Assembly: GCA_964035545.1 (NCBI GenBank)
Contig: OZ037771.1
Location: 15,161,289-15,225,288, forward strand
From: Bugula neritina
Taxonomy: Eukaryota > Animalia > Bryozoa
Reading direction: 5' to 3'
Length of the DNA stretch: 64,000 nucleotides
The notes beneath the pieces are model-generated. The model searched no databases. It had not been told where the DNA came from and worked only from the letters and a program-made list of their open reading frames with translations. This document shows positions 26,688-38,341 of the stretch, piece by piece. Within the stretch, counting starts at the first letter, position 1; every line of letters begins with the position of its first letter. A program made the position numbers and the translations under genes.

Positions 26688-27982
26688 GTCCAGCTGGGTA
26701 TAAATTTAGTTTGTGAATATAAAGCTTACTTTTATATTAAGCTATGCATCATGAAAGCTATTTACTTTAAAGTACCTAACAACCTAACAATTCATAATAA
26801 TTAAATTACTTAAAGGAGCCGCAGCTGTTACACTTTGCAGTTAAGTGAGCTAAATCTAGTGCTGCGATGGTACTCAGTTTGGTTTTCAGTTTATCAGCTC
26901 AGCACTAAGGTGTGAGATAGATTTTTCAAGTTCAAAAATAGGACACTGGTCTATTAAACAGGCAGAAAAATTTCATCATTTAGTTTTGATGAAATGATTT
27001 TCTGGGAATTTCCCTTGCAAGCTTTGGATAGTTTTAGCAGTGTTCCTGGCATATTTCTTCTAAAAATATTCTAGCTATTACTCTCATAGCAAAGAATCGC
27101 ATATATACACATCGTTCTCGGTAGCAAATTAAATTCAAGCTTGACACTATATATGAAGGCAGCAAAGCTACTCTAAGTGAACACAAACAATAAAATTTAT
27201 GGAACTTATAAGTAATGAATTCAGATGCGCGTACTGTAGCTGTTTATTTTAACATAATTTTGTTTTAAAAGCTATAACGTTATTGTACATTAGGTTTAAC
27301 GACTACTCATGTATGTATGTAGGCAATACATTTATAGACTTAGCTTATTATACTAAAAACTGCTTTATAATTGTTATAAGAAATTTTAGTTTCAAAGTGA
27401 CATAGCAATGAAACTATATTTCTATATTAGTGTATATATATGTGTGTTCTTTTAGTGCGTGTTCAGGGCAATGCTTTAGAGATCAATGAACTGTAACTTA
27501 GAAGATGTAATTAGATTAACTAAATATTTAATTTCAGTTGAGAATCAAAAAGCTCAACAAGAGGAGTCAATTGACCGAAGACTCTAGAAAACCTGAAAAG
27601 GCTTGAAGGACACTGAAAGAGGCAAACAAACAAACTCTCACCTATTCTCACTTATCTCTGCTTTGTCCTGTGCGGGTACCGGAGGTAAATTAACAAATAA
27701 GTGGAAAATTTTGAGTTCAAGAAATCAAAATGCAAATATATAAATTTGATTGAGTAAAATATGAATGTTATCAAAGCAGTAAGAAAATATTATACAGTCC
27801 GAACACTACAGTTAGATATAATTGTTATTGTACTAACAATAACTCAAGGTTCATCACTGGTAAGAGTCTTCAAAGTGAACTCATCCAACATGCTATAAAA
27901 GGGAGATGAGACGCCTACTTATAAACTCTGAGGAAATCTGAGTGTTCAGCAGTGAGTATAGCGGTATACCAGAGCTTTAGAA

Positions 27983-29199
27983 ATGCGTGGGTGGCTGTTG
28001 AATACGTTACTGTTCTGTTTCCTCTTTGGTGAGTCAATGATTGAGACTATTTTTGCCATTTTATTATTTCTAGTACCAGTTTTTAACATCTTTAAGCTAA
28101 ACTAAAATCCTAATAATCTGCTTCAACTAAACGTGCAGGTATATTTCTGGAAATTTTGCTGCTAAATATATAGATAGCTAAAACAAATTTGATTTGATTA
28201 TTTCCTACGCTGCAATGAGTTTTACAGTACTTTATCTTACCGACAAATATAGCATTTGAAAATAGTTTGTTTCAGCATTTAATATGTTTAAAAATATAGG
28301 TAGGTTAACGTATCTTCCTGCTGTAAAATGCATCACAAAAAGTACATTAAAATCTGAATAAAGATAACAAGCTTCCGGGTATACCATATCAACACCTCAG
28401 CCAGCTGAACACTGAAATTTTGTGAGCTGAACATTTTATTTTCAAAGAAAGGAAGTAACAATGTGCATGAAAACAGGTTTAAATAATTTTTGTTAGGACA
28501 TTATTTGCCAACACTCAGTAAGCCTTTGAATATGAAAATATGTGTAAGTTTCATACAATGGGAGTCAATTTGCAAACATAAACTTTAAGTTGTATGTTTT
28601 TATACTAAATTCTAGAATGGCATGCAGCTAATACTGCACACATCGGGAACCAAAGTACACCCAAGACTAATCAAGGCCACCCGGTAGAAACCCCAGCTAA
28701 GGTTACTCAGCTCACAGATCCTAGCAAGTCAACAAACTTGGTTCATGAGTCAACTGAGAAGAATCCAACTAAAGCGCCACCTCGACTTTCTGTCCATGAT
28801 GTCTCCGAGCCAGTGATGTCTACACAGCTGAGTACAATTGACCTCCCACTTACCACTACTGGAGCAGATCCAAGATGGCTGCACATGGTGATGGATCTCT
28901 GGCTGAATGGGAGGTCTTCTGAAGATAAAGGAACGAGCCCACCATGGTGGTGGGCTGTTCTTCTGGAACAGACTAAAAATTCTGTTGACATCAACTGGCT
29001 GAGGAAACGAGTCACACGAATGCTGAGAGATGAAGCTAGGAGTAAATCTGGTACTGAAGCTTCAAAGACCACCGAGCCAGCCTTCACATGGAAGCCATTT
29101 GCGACAAGAAACAAGCAGACGTCACGTGATGTACTAAGAAAGTTCTACAAATCTCTTCTGTTTTGGATCAAGGAGAGCACTTCTGTTGAGAAACTGTAA
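27983..29199 (+). CDS. Secreted Trp-containing protein, 'EWH family' member 3 (209 aa, 2 exons)
   Basis: Exons 27983-28028 and 28616-29199. MRGWLLNTLLFCFLF|EWHAANTA, in frame with the 28738-29199 ORF. TATAAA near 27919. Confidence 0.85.
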
Positions 29200-29882
29200 C
29201 CAGCTCCTAATGGGGAAGATTTCAACTGCATTTCGAAAATAAACTTTTTAACTTGACCCAATACTTTTCAGAAACTATAAATTAGTTGCAGCCTTGAGAT
29301 AACTGAGTTTATTATATTATTCTGCTATATTATATTTTATTCTAGTTATTGTAAACCTATATAATATATTATGTAATCTATTATATAAAGGCTCTTAGGT
29401 ATTTCTTTGCTTCACTCTGTTTATAGTACATGTTTCAAGTACTGTTAGAATTTGTTACTTGCCAAACCAAATTTTTTATTGTTGATTATAAATTACCATA
29501 AAATAATATTACACTGGCTATTATTATTACTTCATAAAAATAACATATCCATGTTTTCTTTTCCACAATTCTGCTGCTTTAGAAACAATGTTATATTTTT
29601 GTTTAGCTAATCTCTCTAACATATAAACCATTATCTTTCTATTTTAATGGCTTTGCACTTGCTAATTCTTTGTTGCTGATCAATAAACCACATTTTACAT
29701 TCTCAGCTGACTGTTTCTAAAGACTTTAACCTGTTGGTGACAATGTAAACAGCTCAATATACCAATACTCCTTTCATCAATCTGCACATCCAGCTGTAGA
29801 CATATTTGTTGCGTAGCAAGTTATGTTGATGCTGAGATTGACTAAGAATACGTCTCCTCTCGTTGTTTTTACTTCATCTTAA

Positions 29883-30648
29883 AGGATTGCTCTATCTTGT
29901 CTAATAAATGGCCATTTAGGTCAAACACACATAATATTGTGTTTTTCTAAGCATGCATTGACAAAAAGCATTTGACCAAAGGTAGAAAAAGTTAGTTGAA
30001 GTTGAGGGTGTAGATTGGTAACAGCCAAAACGCTGATTTTGAAATGAGCTGGGAAGTGTGACGTAACAGCGCCAGCATTCCTGCTGGTCACGTGACTATA
30101 CAAATGAATAACTATAGAAATATGACTGTGAGATGTGATCTTTCAGCTCGTAATTTGTACATTTATAGAAGTGCAAATGTGAATTATCTCAATCTATAGT
30201 TTTTGACATGTTAAATAACATATATGTGATAACATTAGGCCATATTTTGCTTGTAAACACAGAAAAAAGCATTGCAAAAACATGCATTCTTTAGGATGAA
30301 TGCCTGCGATCGATCTAAACTAGGTCAGATTGTGCAATATTACGGGCGCACCAAAGCTGACCTATATAGCACACTGTAACTGCTTGAGCGTTATTGGTTG
30401 ATGTTGCGCTCAGCAACCTTGAATACTAGCATTATAGTTAGCACGTGCAGCATAGTTACTGGCATTCACACGTCACGTATTAGGCTATTCTTTTTCATGG
30501 CTGAAAATTTTACCTCCCTCAAAATTGGAATTTTGAAAAGCTGTTTTCTAGACATATATCCCTTTGCAAAGTCACAATTGTTTGCATACACATTAGATTA
30601 TGTTCATAATTATAATGTGATTGTAATAAACTAAGATAGAGCAATCCT
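29883..30648. mobile_element. Non-autonomous Kolobok-type DNA transposon (766 bp)
   Basis: TIR AGGATTGCTCTATCTT...AAGATAGAGCAATCCT with TTAA/TTAA TSD. Purine-purine termini favour Kolobok over piggyBac. Confidence 0.75.
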
Positions 30649-31528
30649 TTAAGAAAAAATAATAACCACTGACACAATGATGTAGCCCTGAAAATCAACC
30701 CTCTTTATTACCTGTATCAACTGGATATCTTGATTGACATATAAATAAAGGGGTAGACAACTTATATACGTTGGCCTGTAACAAAGCGGAAATAGAATAA
30801 TCCAAGTGTTGAAAACATAAGCCTGTATCTGTTATAAGTTATAACTCAATAGCAAAAGCAAAACATGTCTAAGCTTTTTAATGTAATCAATTTCAATGAT
30901 AGTTTCAAGCACTGTCAGAATTTGTTACTTGTCAAAAGAAAAGTTTTACTGCCGTTCATAAATTTCATAAAACTTTATATAAACATAAAAGCTCCCATAA
31001 GAAGACAGCTACCACATCTCACGGTTGCAACAGTCTTAGTTGCTATCTTTTGACTCTATATTCTGTAAAGAATGCGATTTATAAAGAGCTGGAATTATAA
31101 TTCTGTTCTGTAAATATATCAAGCAATATAATACATGACGCACGAATTCGAACATCATTATGAATTTAATTAGCTTCATAAGCTGCCATTGGATATGAAG
31201 TTATCAACATACTACCTTAACAAACAGCTAAAAGGGAAGATATTACTTTCAATTAGCCTTCTAAGGCTGATAGCCAAATGAGTAGCACCTAATTATGTTT
31301 AACATGTACTGTTTTACTTTCATGCTCTATTGAATGAGATATTATATGGCTTGCTCTCCTCCTAGCGCTCAGTCCAGCTTTTTACAATTAGGCAGATTTG
31401 ATATAAATTAGCAGCAGCTTAACTTATTGGCATCCTTATATTAGCACTTTACCTGATGACAAGACCGTATAAAACACAATAGCTTTGCAAACCAAAGCAG
31501 TTTAGAGACGTGAAGAAGAGCTGCCAAG

Positions 31529-34500
31529 ATGGGTGCATGGAACCAGTTGGCTCTCTGGTATATAGTAGCAGCAGGTGGGTGGTTATGAGATATACACAGA
31601 GTCTCTACCAGCTGTAGTATTCACCAATCATTGGTCTGTTTAGTAAACATTCACCAATCATTTGTCTGTTTAGTAAACATTTACCAATCATTTGTCTGTT
31701 TAGTAGATCTTCACCAATCACTTGTTTGCTTAGTAGACATTGGTCACTTTATATGCAATGATGTGATACATTCAATACTTTCTTGTATGTTTTGGTTTAT
31801 AAAGCATGCGAAGTGAACATACAAATATAGACTGGTAGATTTCAATGCAATTATTAATGCTTCATTAACATTTGCAGTTTATCCTGTCCCAAAAACCTTT
31901 AGGGCATGTGAAACAATGGTCACTATTTTATAGCCAATCAAAAATTATTATTTGGGTAAATATTAATCATTAATTTGTTGATTACAAACTTCTAAATGTT
32001 TATGTTTGACTTTAACAAACATAAAATTTTATTAGAGGTAAATAATTTGCATTAGCATCATTTTAGCTGTACTGCCTGGTAACAGAGCAGTCCAATACAC
32101 TTATGGAGAAAAGGGAAAAGACCCGTGTTTGACTGTTGATATGTCAATGAACTTCCAAATAGTATATACGGTAAGCAGTTACTCTCAGTGTAACAATATT
32201 GCTAGTAGTACTAAGTATTGAGATATTATAAAACTTTGCCCCCACTGAGATTTGAACCTGATGTAGTGATGAGTTTACCCAGCGGTCCCCGTGTCGTAAT
32301 CGTTAGCACACTTGCTTGCAAGTCGGAGGTCTCAGGTTCGATTCCCAGTGGGGGCAAAATTATTTTTCAAGCTATTTCAGCCTTTAGTGAAGTGGAGTAG
32401 TACTCCGAGGGAGTTGAAGAGCTAGGGGAGCCTGAAAACTGAAGGAGTAGTGGATAGGCCAGTGGAGTTCAGAGAACTGAGTGGGATGTAGTGATGAGTT
32501 TACCCCGTGGTGTAATGGTAGCACACTTGCTTGCAAGCGAGAGGTCTCAGGTTCGAATCCCAGTGGGGGGCAATTATTTTTCACCTGAGACATCTGGCTT
32601 GCAAGCAGGTGAGCTAACCATTACACCACAGGGGCCATACTGGGTAAACTCAACACTGCATACAAGCAGAATGAAAGTCTACTGAGAATTCAACACAGAA
32701 GCATATTTCTGTTAGCTCTACACATGAGTATGTACTCATTCTAGGAGCAAGATTCTATCCTATTGATGAAATGTTTCAGGCAAGGCATGGACTTCGGGAA
32801 GTGTTCGAATTTGATCCGGAATACACAAAGATTGAGAACATAACAGGAAGCTGTCGCAGCAAAGAGCTCAGAATAACATATGAGTCAGTTATCAAGTACC
32901 TCAACTTTGCCATTACAGAAAATTCTACCAACCCGAACTCTGGACTAGATATTTCTTTGGCCTACAATCCGCATGAAGCATTCTTATCAATTGAAAGTGA
33001 GTTACTATAACTATATTATATTCTTCACAATTTCAAAAAATTTCAATTTTAACTAGGTTTGAACAGTGATTAGATAGTATTTTGGCTTAAATTTCATATA
33101 GGAAAATCCAGTTTTACAAAATCAGGAATAAATTTACTTTCAAATTTATAATTTGTTTTTTTTTTCTTTTTAGAAAATGAGCAAAAAACAGTTTTTCTAA
33201 ACAATCCATTGCCACTTGCTCCTTATGGTGCATCAACAACTTGCAACGAAACTCAAAATCTGGCGTTAGGCCCATATGTAAGGCTATCCATCAACTCTAT
33301 GAGAGTTCATGCCAATGGTATACAAAACAAAGGCTTCAATGTATCACAAGGTTGGTCTACACTCTACAGGATATAAGAAATAAGACGCTGTGTTTGGCAA
33401 ACATTAAATACTAGTCCTATACAAGTCATTTTTATGGTAATGTGAAATTGATGTTTGTTAAGTACAAGCTGTGGGCTATGCCAACTCTATTTTTATTTTA
33501 AATAGAGTTGTGTGGAAATACCAGTTATCCAGAGAAAATTCTCCCCACAAGACCCAGTTGGTGGTACACAACCAAAACTGCAAGACCCAGTTGGTGGTAC
33601 AAAACCACAGCTGCAATACCAAGCTGGCGGTACACAACCACAGCTGCAAGACTTACTCAGGAGCACACAACTAAAACTACAACACCCAGTTGGTGGTACA
33701 AAACCACAGCTGCAAGACCCAGTTGGTGGTACAAAACCGCAGTTGCAAGACCCAGTTGGTGGTACAAAACCACAGCTGAAAATTCTACTCAGGAGCACAC
33801 AACCAAAGCAACAAGACCCAGTCGGTGGTACGCAACCACAGCTGCAAGACCCAGTTGGTGGTACACAACCACAGCTGAAAATTCTACTCAGGAGCACACA
33901 ACCAAAGCTACAAGACCCAGTCGGTGGTACGCAACCACAGCTGAAAATTCTACTCAGGAGCACACAACCACAGTTGCAAGACCCAGTTGGTGGTACAAAA
34001 CCACAGCTGCAAGACCCAGTTGGTGGTACACAACTAAAACTACAACACCCAGTTGGTGGTACGCAACCACAGCTGCAAGACCCAGTTGGTGGTACACAAC
34101 CAAAACTGCAAGACCCATTTGGTGGTACACAACCACAGCTGCAATACCAAGCTGGCGGTACATAACCACAGCTGCAAGACTTACTCAGGAGCACACAACT
34201 AAAACTACAACACCCAGTTGGTGGTACAAAACCACAGCTGCAAGACCCAGTTGGTGGTACAAAACCACAGCTGAAAATTCTACTCAGGAGCACACAACCA
34301 AAGCTACAAGACCCAGTCGGTGGTACACAACCACAGCTGCAAGACCCAGTTGGTGGTACACAACCACAGCTGAAAATTCTACTCAGGAGCACACAACTAA
34401 AACTACAACACCCAGTTGGTGGTACAAAACCACAGTTGCAAGACCCAGTTGGTGGTACAAAACCACAGCTGCAATACCAAGTTGGTGGTACGCAACCACA

Positions 34501-35778
34501 GCTGCAAGACCCAGTTGGTGGTACACAACCACAGCTGAAAATTCTACTCAGGAGCACACAACTAAAACTACAACACCCAGTTGGTGGTACAAAACCACAG
34601 TTGCAAGACCCAGTTGGTGGTACAAAACCACAGCTGCAAGACCCAGTTGGTGGTACACAACTAAAACTACAACACCCAGTTGGTGGTACGCAACCACAGC
34701 TGCAAGACCCAGTTGGTGGTACACAACTAAAACTACAACACCCAGTTGGTGGTACGCAACCACAGCTGCAAGACCCAGTTGGTGGTACACAACCAAAACT
34801 GCAAGACCCATTTGGTGGTACACAACCACAGCTGCAATACCAAGCTGGCGGTACATAACCACAGCTGCAAGACTTACTCAGGAGCACACAACTAAAACTA
34901 CAACACCCAGTTGGTGGAACAAAACCACAGCTGCAAGACCCAGTTGGTGGTACAAAACCACAGCTGAAAATTCTACTCAGGAGCACACAACAAAAGCTAC
35001 AAGACCCAGTCGGTGGTACACAACCACAGCTGCAAGACCCAGTTGGTGGTACACAACCACAGCTGAAAATTCTACTCAGGAGCACACAACTAAAACTACA
35101 ACACCCAGTTGGTGGTACAAAACCACAGTTGCAAGACCCAGTTGGTGGTACAAAACCACAGCTGCAATACCAAGTTGGTGGTACGCAACCACAGCTGCAA
35201 GACCCAGTTGGTGGTACACAACCACAGCTGAAAATTCTACTCAGGAGCACACAACCAAAGCTACAAGACCCAGTTGGTGGTACACAACCACAGCTGAAAA
35301 TTCTACTCAGGAGCACACAACCAAAACTACAACACCCAGTTGGTGGTACAAAACCACAGCTGCAATACCAAGTTGGCGGTACATAACCACAGCTGCAAGA
35401 CTTACTCAGGAGCACACAACTAAAACTACAACACCTAGTTGGTGGTACAAAACTACAGCTGCAAGACCCAGTTGGTGGTACACAACCAAAACTACAAGAC
35501 CCAGATGGTGGTACACAACCACAGTTGCAAGACCCAGTCGGTGGTACGCAACCACAGCTGCAAGACTTACTCAGGAGCACACAACTAAAACTACAACACC
35601 TAGTTGGTGGTACAAAACCACAGCTGCAAGACCCAGTTGGTGGTACACAACCAAAACTACAAGACCCAGATGGTGGTACACAACCAAAGCTACAAGACCC
35701 AGTTGGTGGTACAAATTAAAGCAATTTGCTCAGTACTATTTCAATATCAACAATCTAACCATAAATCAATACTCTTAA
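31529..35778 (+). CDS. Secreted single-LAMP-domain protein with about 66 11-aa repeats (TTTAARPSWWY type), 938 aa, 5 exons
   Basis: Exons 31529-31574, 32067-32170, 32780-32996, 33174-33350, 33506-35778. Intron phases 1,0,1,1 and four Cys match the N-terminal domain of the LAMP at 41569. No transmembrane segment before the stop. Confidence 0.85.
32262..32583 (+). mobile_element. Full-length TRIM (322 bp) with tRNA-like LTRs, nested in an antisense solo LTR of the same family (about 32227-32659)
   Basis: LTRs 32262-32369 and 32487-32583 (TG...CA). Perfect CCTGA TSD (32257-32261 / 32584-32588). Purine-rich tract AGAGAACTGAGTGGGA before the 3' LTR. Pol III A/B boxes in the LTRs. Confidence 0.85.
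33550..35714 (+). repeat. Coding 33-bp tandem repeat with a 693-bp higher-order duplication
   Basis: 11-codon period; shadow-frame ORF boundaries recur at exactly 693-bp offsets (34165/34858, 34436/35129). Confidence 0.9.
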
Positions 35779-36314
35779 AATTCTTTCTCTACTGCTTGAT
35801 GCTATGGTTGCTATTTTGACTTTTGCATTTCTATTTCCTCAAAGAAAAATTGTTTTATGCTAATTATTTAATCTACACATAAAGTTTGTGTTTTCAGTAT
35901 TTATCATTTCAAATTAAGTTCAATTCAATAAGAATTATGATGCACCATTTCAAATTATGATACTTGAAATCATAAAGCATTGAAATTTTCATCATTGTAA
36001 CAAATAAACTGGTTTAAATACGGCACAAATAAAGGATATAACAATGTATTACTTTTAAAAGTGAAATTATTAAAGCAACAGCACACTTCAAACTCTAGCT
36101 ATGATGTGATTACAATCTATTCAATACATGAAACTTTAAGGAGCTCAGTTTAAAGATGAGACAACTCTGTCATATATAAAACATGGCTAGCCGAAATACA
36201 GTTGGTTCAGCATTGAGAAGATGACACAGTGACTAAAGAGAGTAGATTTGACAGGGGAGGATAAGTACTATTTCAAGAACACCATGTAGGGAAGATAACT
36301 ACATCTTGCCATCA

Positions 36315-38341
36315 TTATGCTAAATCATCATCATCAAACAAGTCTCCAAAATCTGCAAACAAAGCAGAAAGCAAATTTAATAAGTGTTGACATTTGTAAA
36401 CACATCAGAGCTGAGCTATGTAAGGTAAAAATCACTATGAATACAATCTGCAAACCACTAAAATCAAAATCATTTAGAAAATGCAAAACTTGCTGCTTTT
36501 ACACCAACATATCATGGATTAGTAAATAAGTTTTCATTAACATAAACTCAACAAGGAAAAATTTCCTATGAATTTCACAGATAAAAGATCTGCATAAAAA
36601 TTAAGCTTAAGCAAACATGTAGGTAAATAATCTGCTATGCATTTTAACCATTAATAACCTAGCGTCAACATCAACTGCTCATTTTACTCAGCAACGATAT
36701 TCTTTGAGTTGGGAGACATAAAATAACAACTCACTGTCATCAAAGTCAGCGTGAGCTGCGGGTGTTGGTTTACCTAGCGTCTCTCTCAGAGCTCCACTGT
36801 ATCCTAGCAACTAAAGTAAACAAATGTCCTTTTATGTAACAAAACAACTGGCAAAAATTTAAATGTTAGATGCAAGTTTTAGCATTGCATAGCATAGAAC
36901 AGCAAAGTGTAAGCAAAACAGGTTGAATTTCAATGATATTTAAAAACAAAAGTCTGAAATGGTGGCATATATTCTTTGCATGTTACATTGTAAACCGATG
37001 TGGTGATTACTAAGTATACGCCAACATAATGGAGTATTAATACTAGCCATGGAGCTTGCATGGAGTACTAACAAATGGTAATTACAATCAGTATGACTAT
37101 GTTTAATATTACTAGCACTCAGCCTATTTCTTCATTTTATTTATTTACTTAAATAACCATATGCCACTGCAGATGTAGCTATTCATTCACTTATACTATT
37201 TTAATAATTTTACTTTAGGTTATAGGAATTCAATAATAAATCAAAAATTAAAATAATTATAGTAATATATATTTATGATATGTATAGTCCTATAAAATAC
37301 CTCAAATTTAGTAGCTGTTTTAACTTTACAGTAAAACAAAAAGGATATAAATAGTGTGGCATGAATATTGGCCCGAGTTTAATTCTGAGTATTTTTCAAA
37401 AACTTTTTAATGAGCATAATTGGTAATAGAAATATAAAGTTTATCATCACAATAACAATTTAAAACTAAAATTTGTCATGTTTGCTTTGTCTACACCAAT
37501 AGGAGTTGCCACCTCCATACTGATACTCATAGTCATAATGATAGCCCTGCCCTTGGACATCAATACTATAGTACACAACAATGATAATACTGGTACTCAT
37601 AGTAATAGTTAGTAATGTACGTTATCATTATAATCATCTTTATAAGTTACAGAGTTCTATAGTAGTTGTCATAAAGATTGCTGGAGTGATATGTTAGTCT
37701 CAATCAACAACCAAAATAAAATTAACACGAACTCAAAGTGAAACTTTAACTGTAACTGGTAATTTAAAGTTAAAAGACTTTAGATTCCCAACCCAATCTC
37801 TAAATTCAAGATAAAGATCAACTAAACATTCATAATCGAATTGATGTTGCAATTTCATTCCCATGCCATGATAGATGTTAGTAGCAATAGTATTGTATCG
37901 ATTTGAAGACACTGTGAAGCAAAATATGAAAAAGATAGACCTGAACGAAAATGGCTGGCAAAGAATGACTAAATGGAGAGACAGATAGAGATGTCTGAAT
38001 AAACCAAATTGTCGCACCAACAGAGTCAGGCTGCTTTGATAATGATGATCACTTCATGATGCAATGACAATTTTGGTAGCCTGTGGTGACACTGACATTA
38101 ATGTTCAGTTACAATAACCGTAAGTAACTGTAACGGCAACGAGTAAACGTAATTATAATGAGTAAATGTAGTGACTAATGTCATACTTATAGTTAGGCCT
38201 ATACTTATAGTCATACTCATAGTAATACTCATCAAAACTAACATCTTTTCTTGCCAAAAGTTGAGCTTCTTCTATGTCCATAAATGAGGCTTCCGCGCCG
38301 TCTGGGAACATTTCATCAGCTACAACTACGTTGTTTGCCAT
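36315..38341 (-). CDS. COPS9: COP9 signalosome subunit 9 (CSNAP/MYEOV2) homolog, 70 aa, 3 exons
   Basis: Exons 38341-38243, 36810-36735 and 36352-36315 give MANNVVVADEMFPDGAEASFMDIEEAQLLARKDLLGYSGALRETLGKPTPAAHADFDDNFGDLFDDDDLA. This matches the COPS9 signature DEMFPEGA...HADF..DF.DLFDDDD from recalled family knowledge. Confidence 0.85.

Noticed and set aside
27630-27690. Possible fourth signal-peptide exon (LSPILTYLCFVLCG..AG|GTAAAT)
   Set aside because: No in-frame ATG and no matching EWH exon found; at most a relic.
32285-32356. Genuine tRNA-Ala/Cys genes at the tRNA-like motifs
   Set aside because: Copies are mutually divergent with imperfect stems and sit inside TG...CA repeats with TSDs; they are element-borne.
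33493-35580. 695-aa Cys-rich antisense ORF (CSCGCVPPTG repeats) resembling metallothionein or keratin-associated proteins
   Set aside because: Shadow of the 33-bp repeat; no ATG, signal or splice context, whereas the plus frame joins upstream LAMP-like exons.
33512-35719. QDPVGGTQPQL-repeat ORFs
   Set aside because: Alternative frame of the same repeat, interrupted by stops and out of phase with the acceptor at 33506.
37480-38242. Tyr-rich reading frames (YYYEYDYKY, YHYDYEYQY) in COPS9 intron 1
   Set aside because: Short, stop-interrupted, and consistent with a decayed TAT/GAN microsatellite; an intron-retention isoform cannot be supported without reads.
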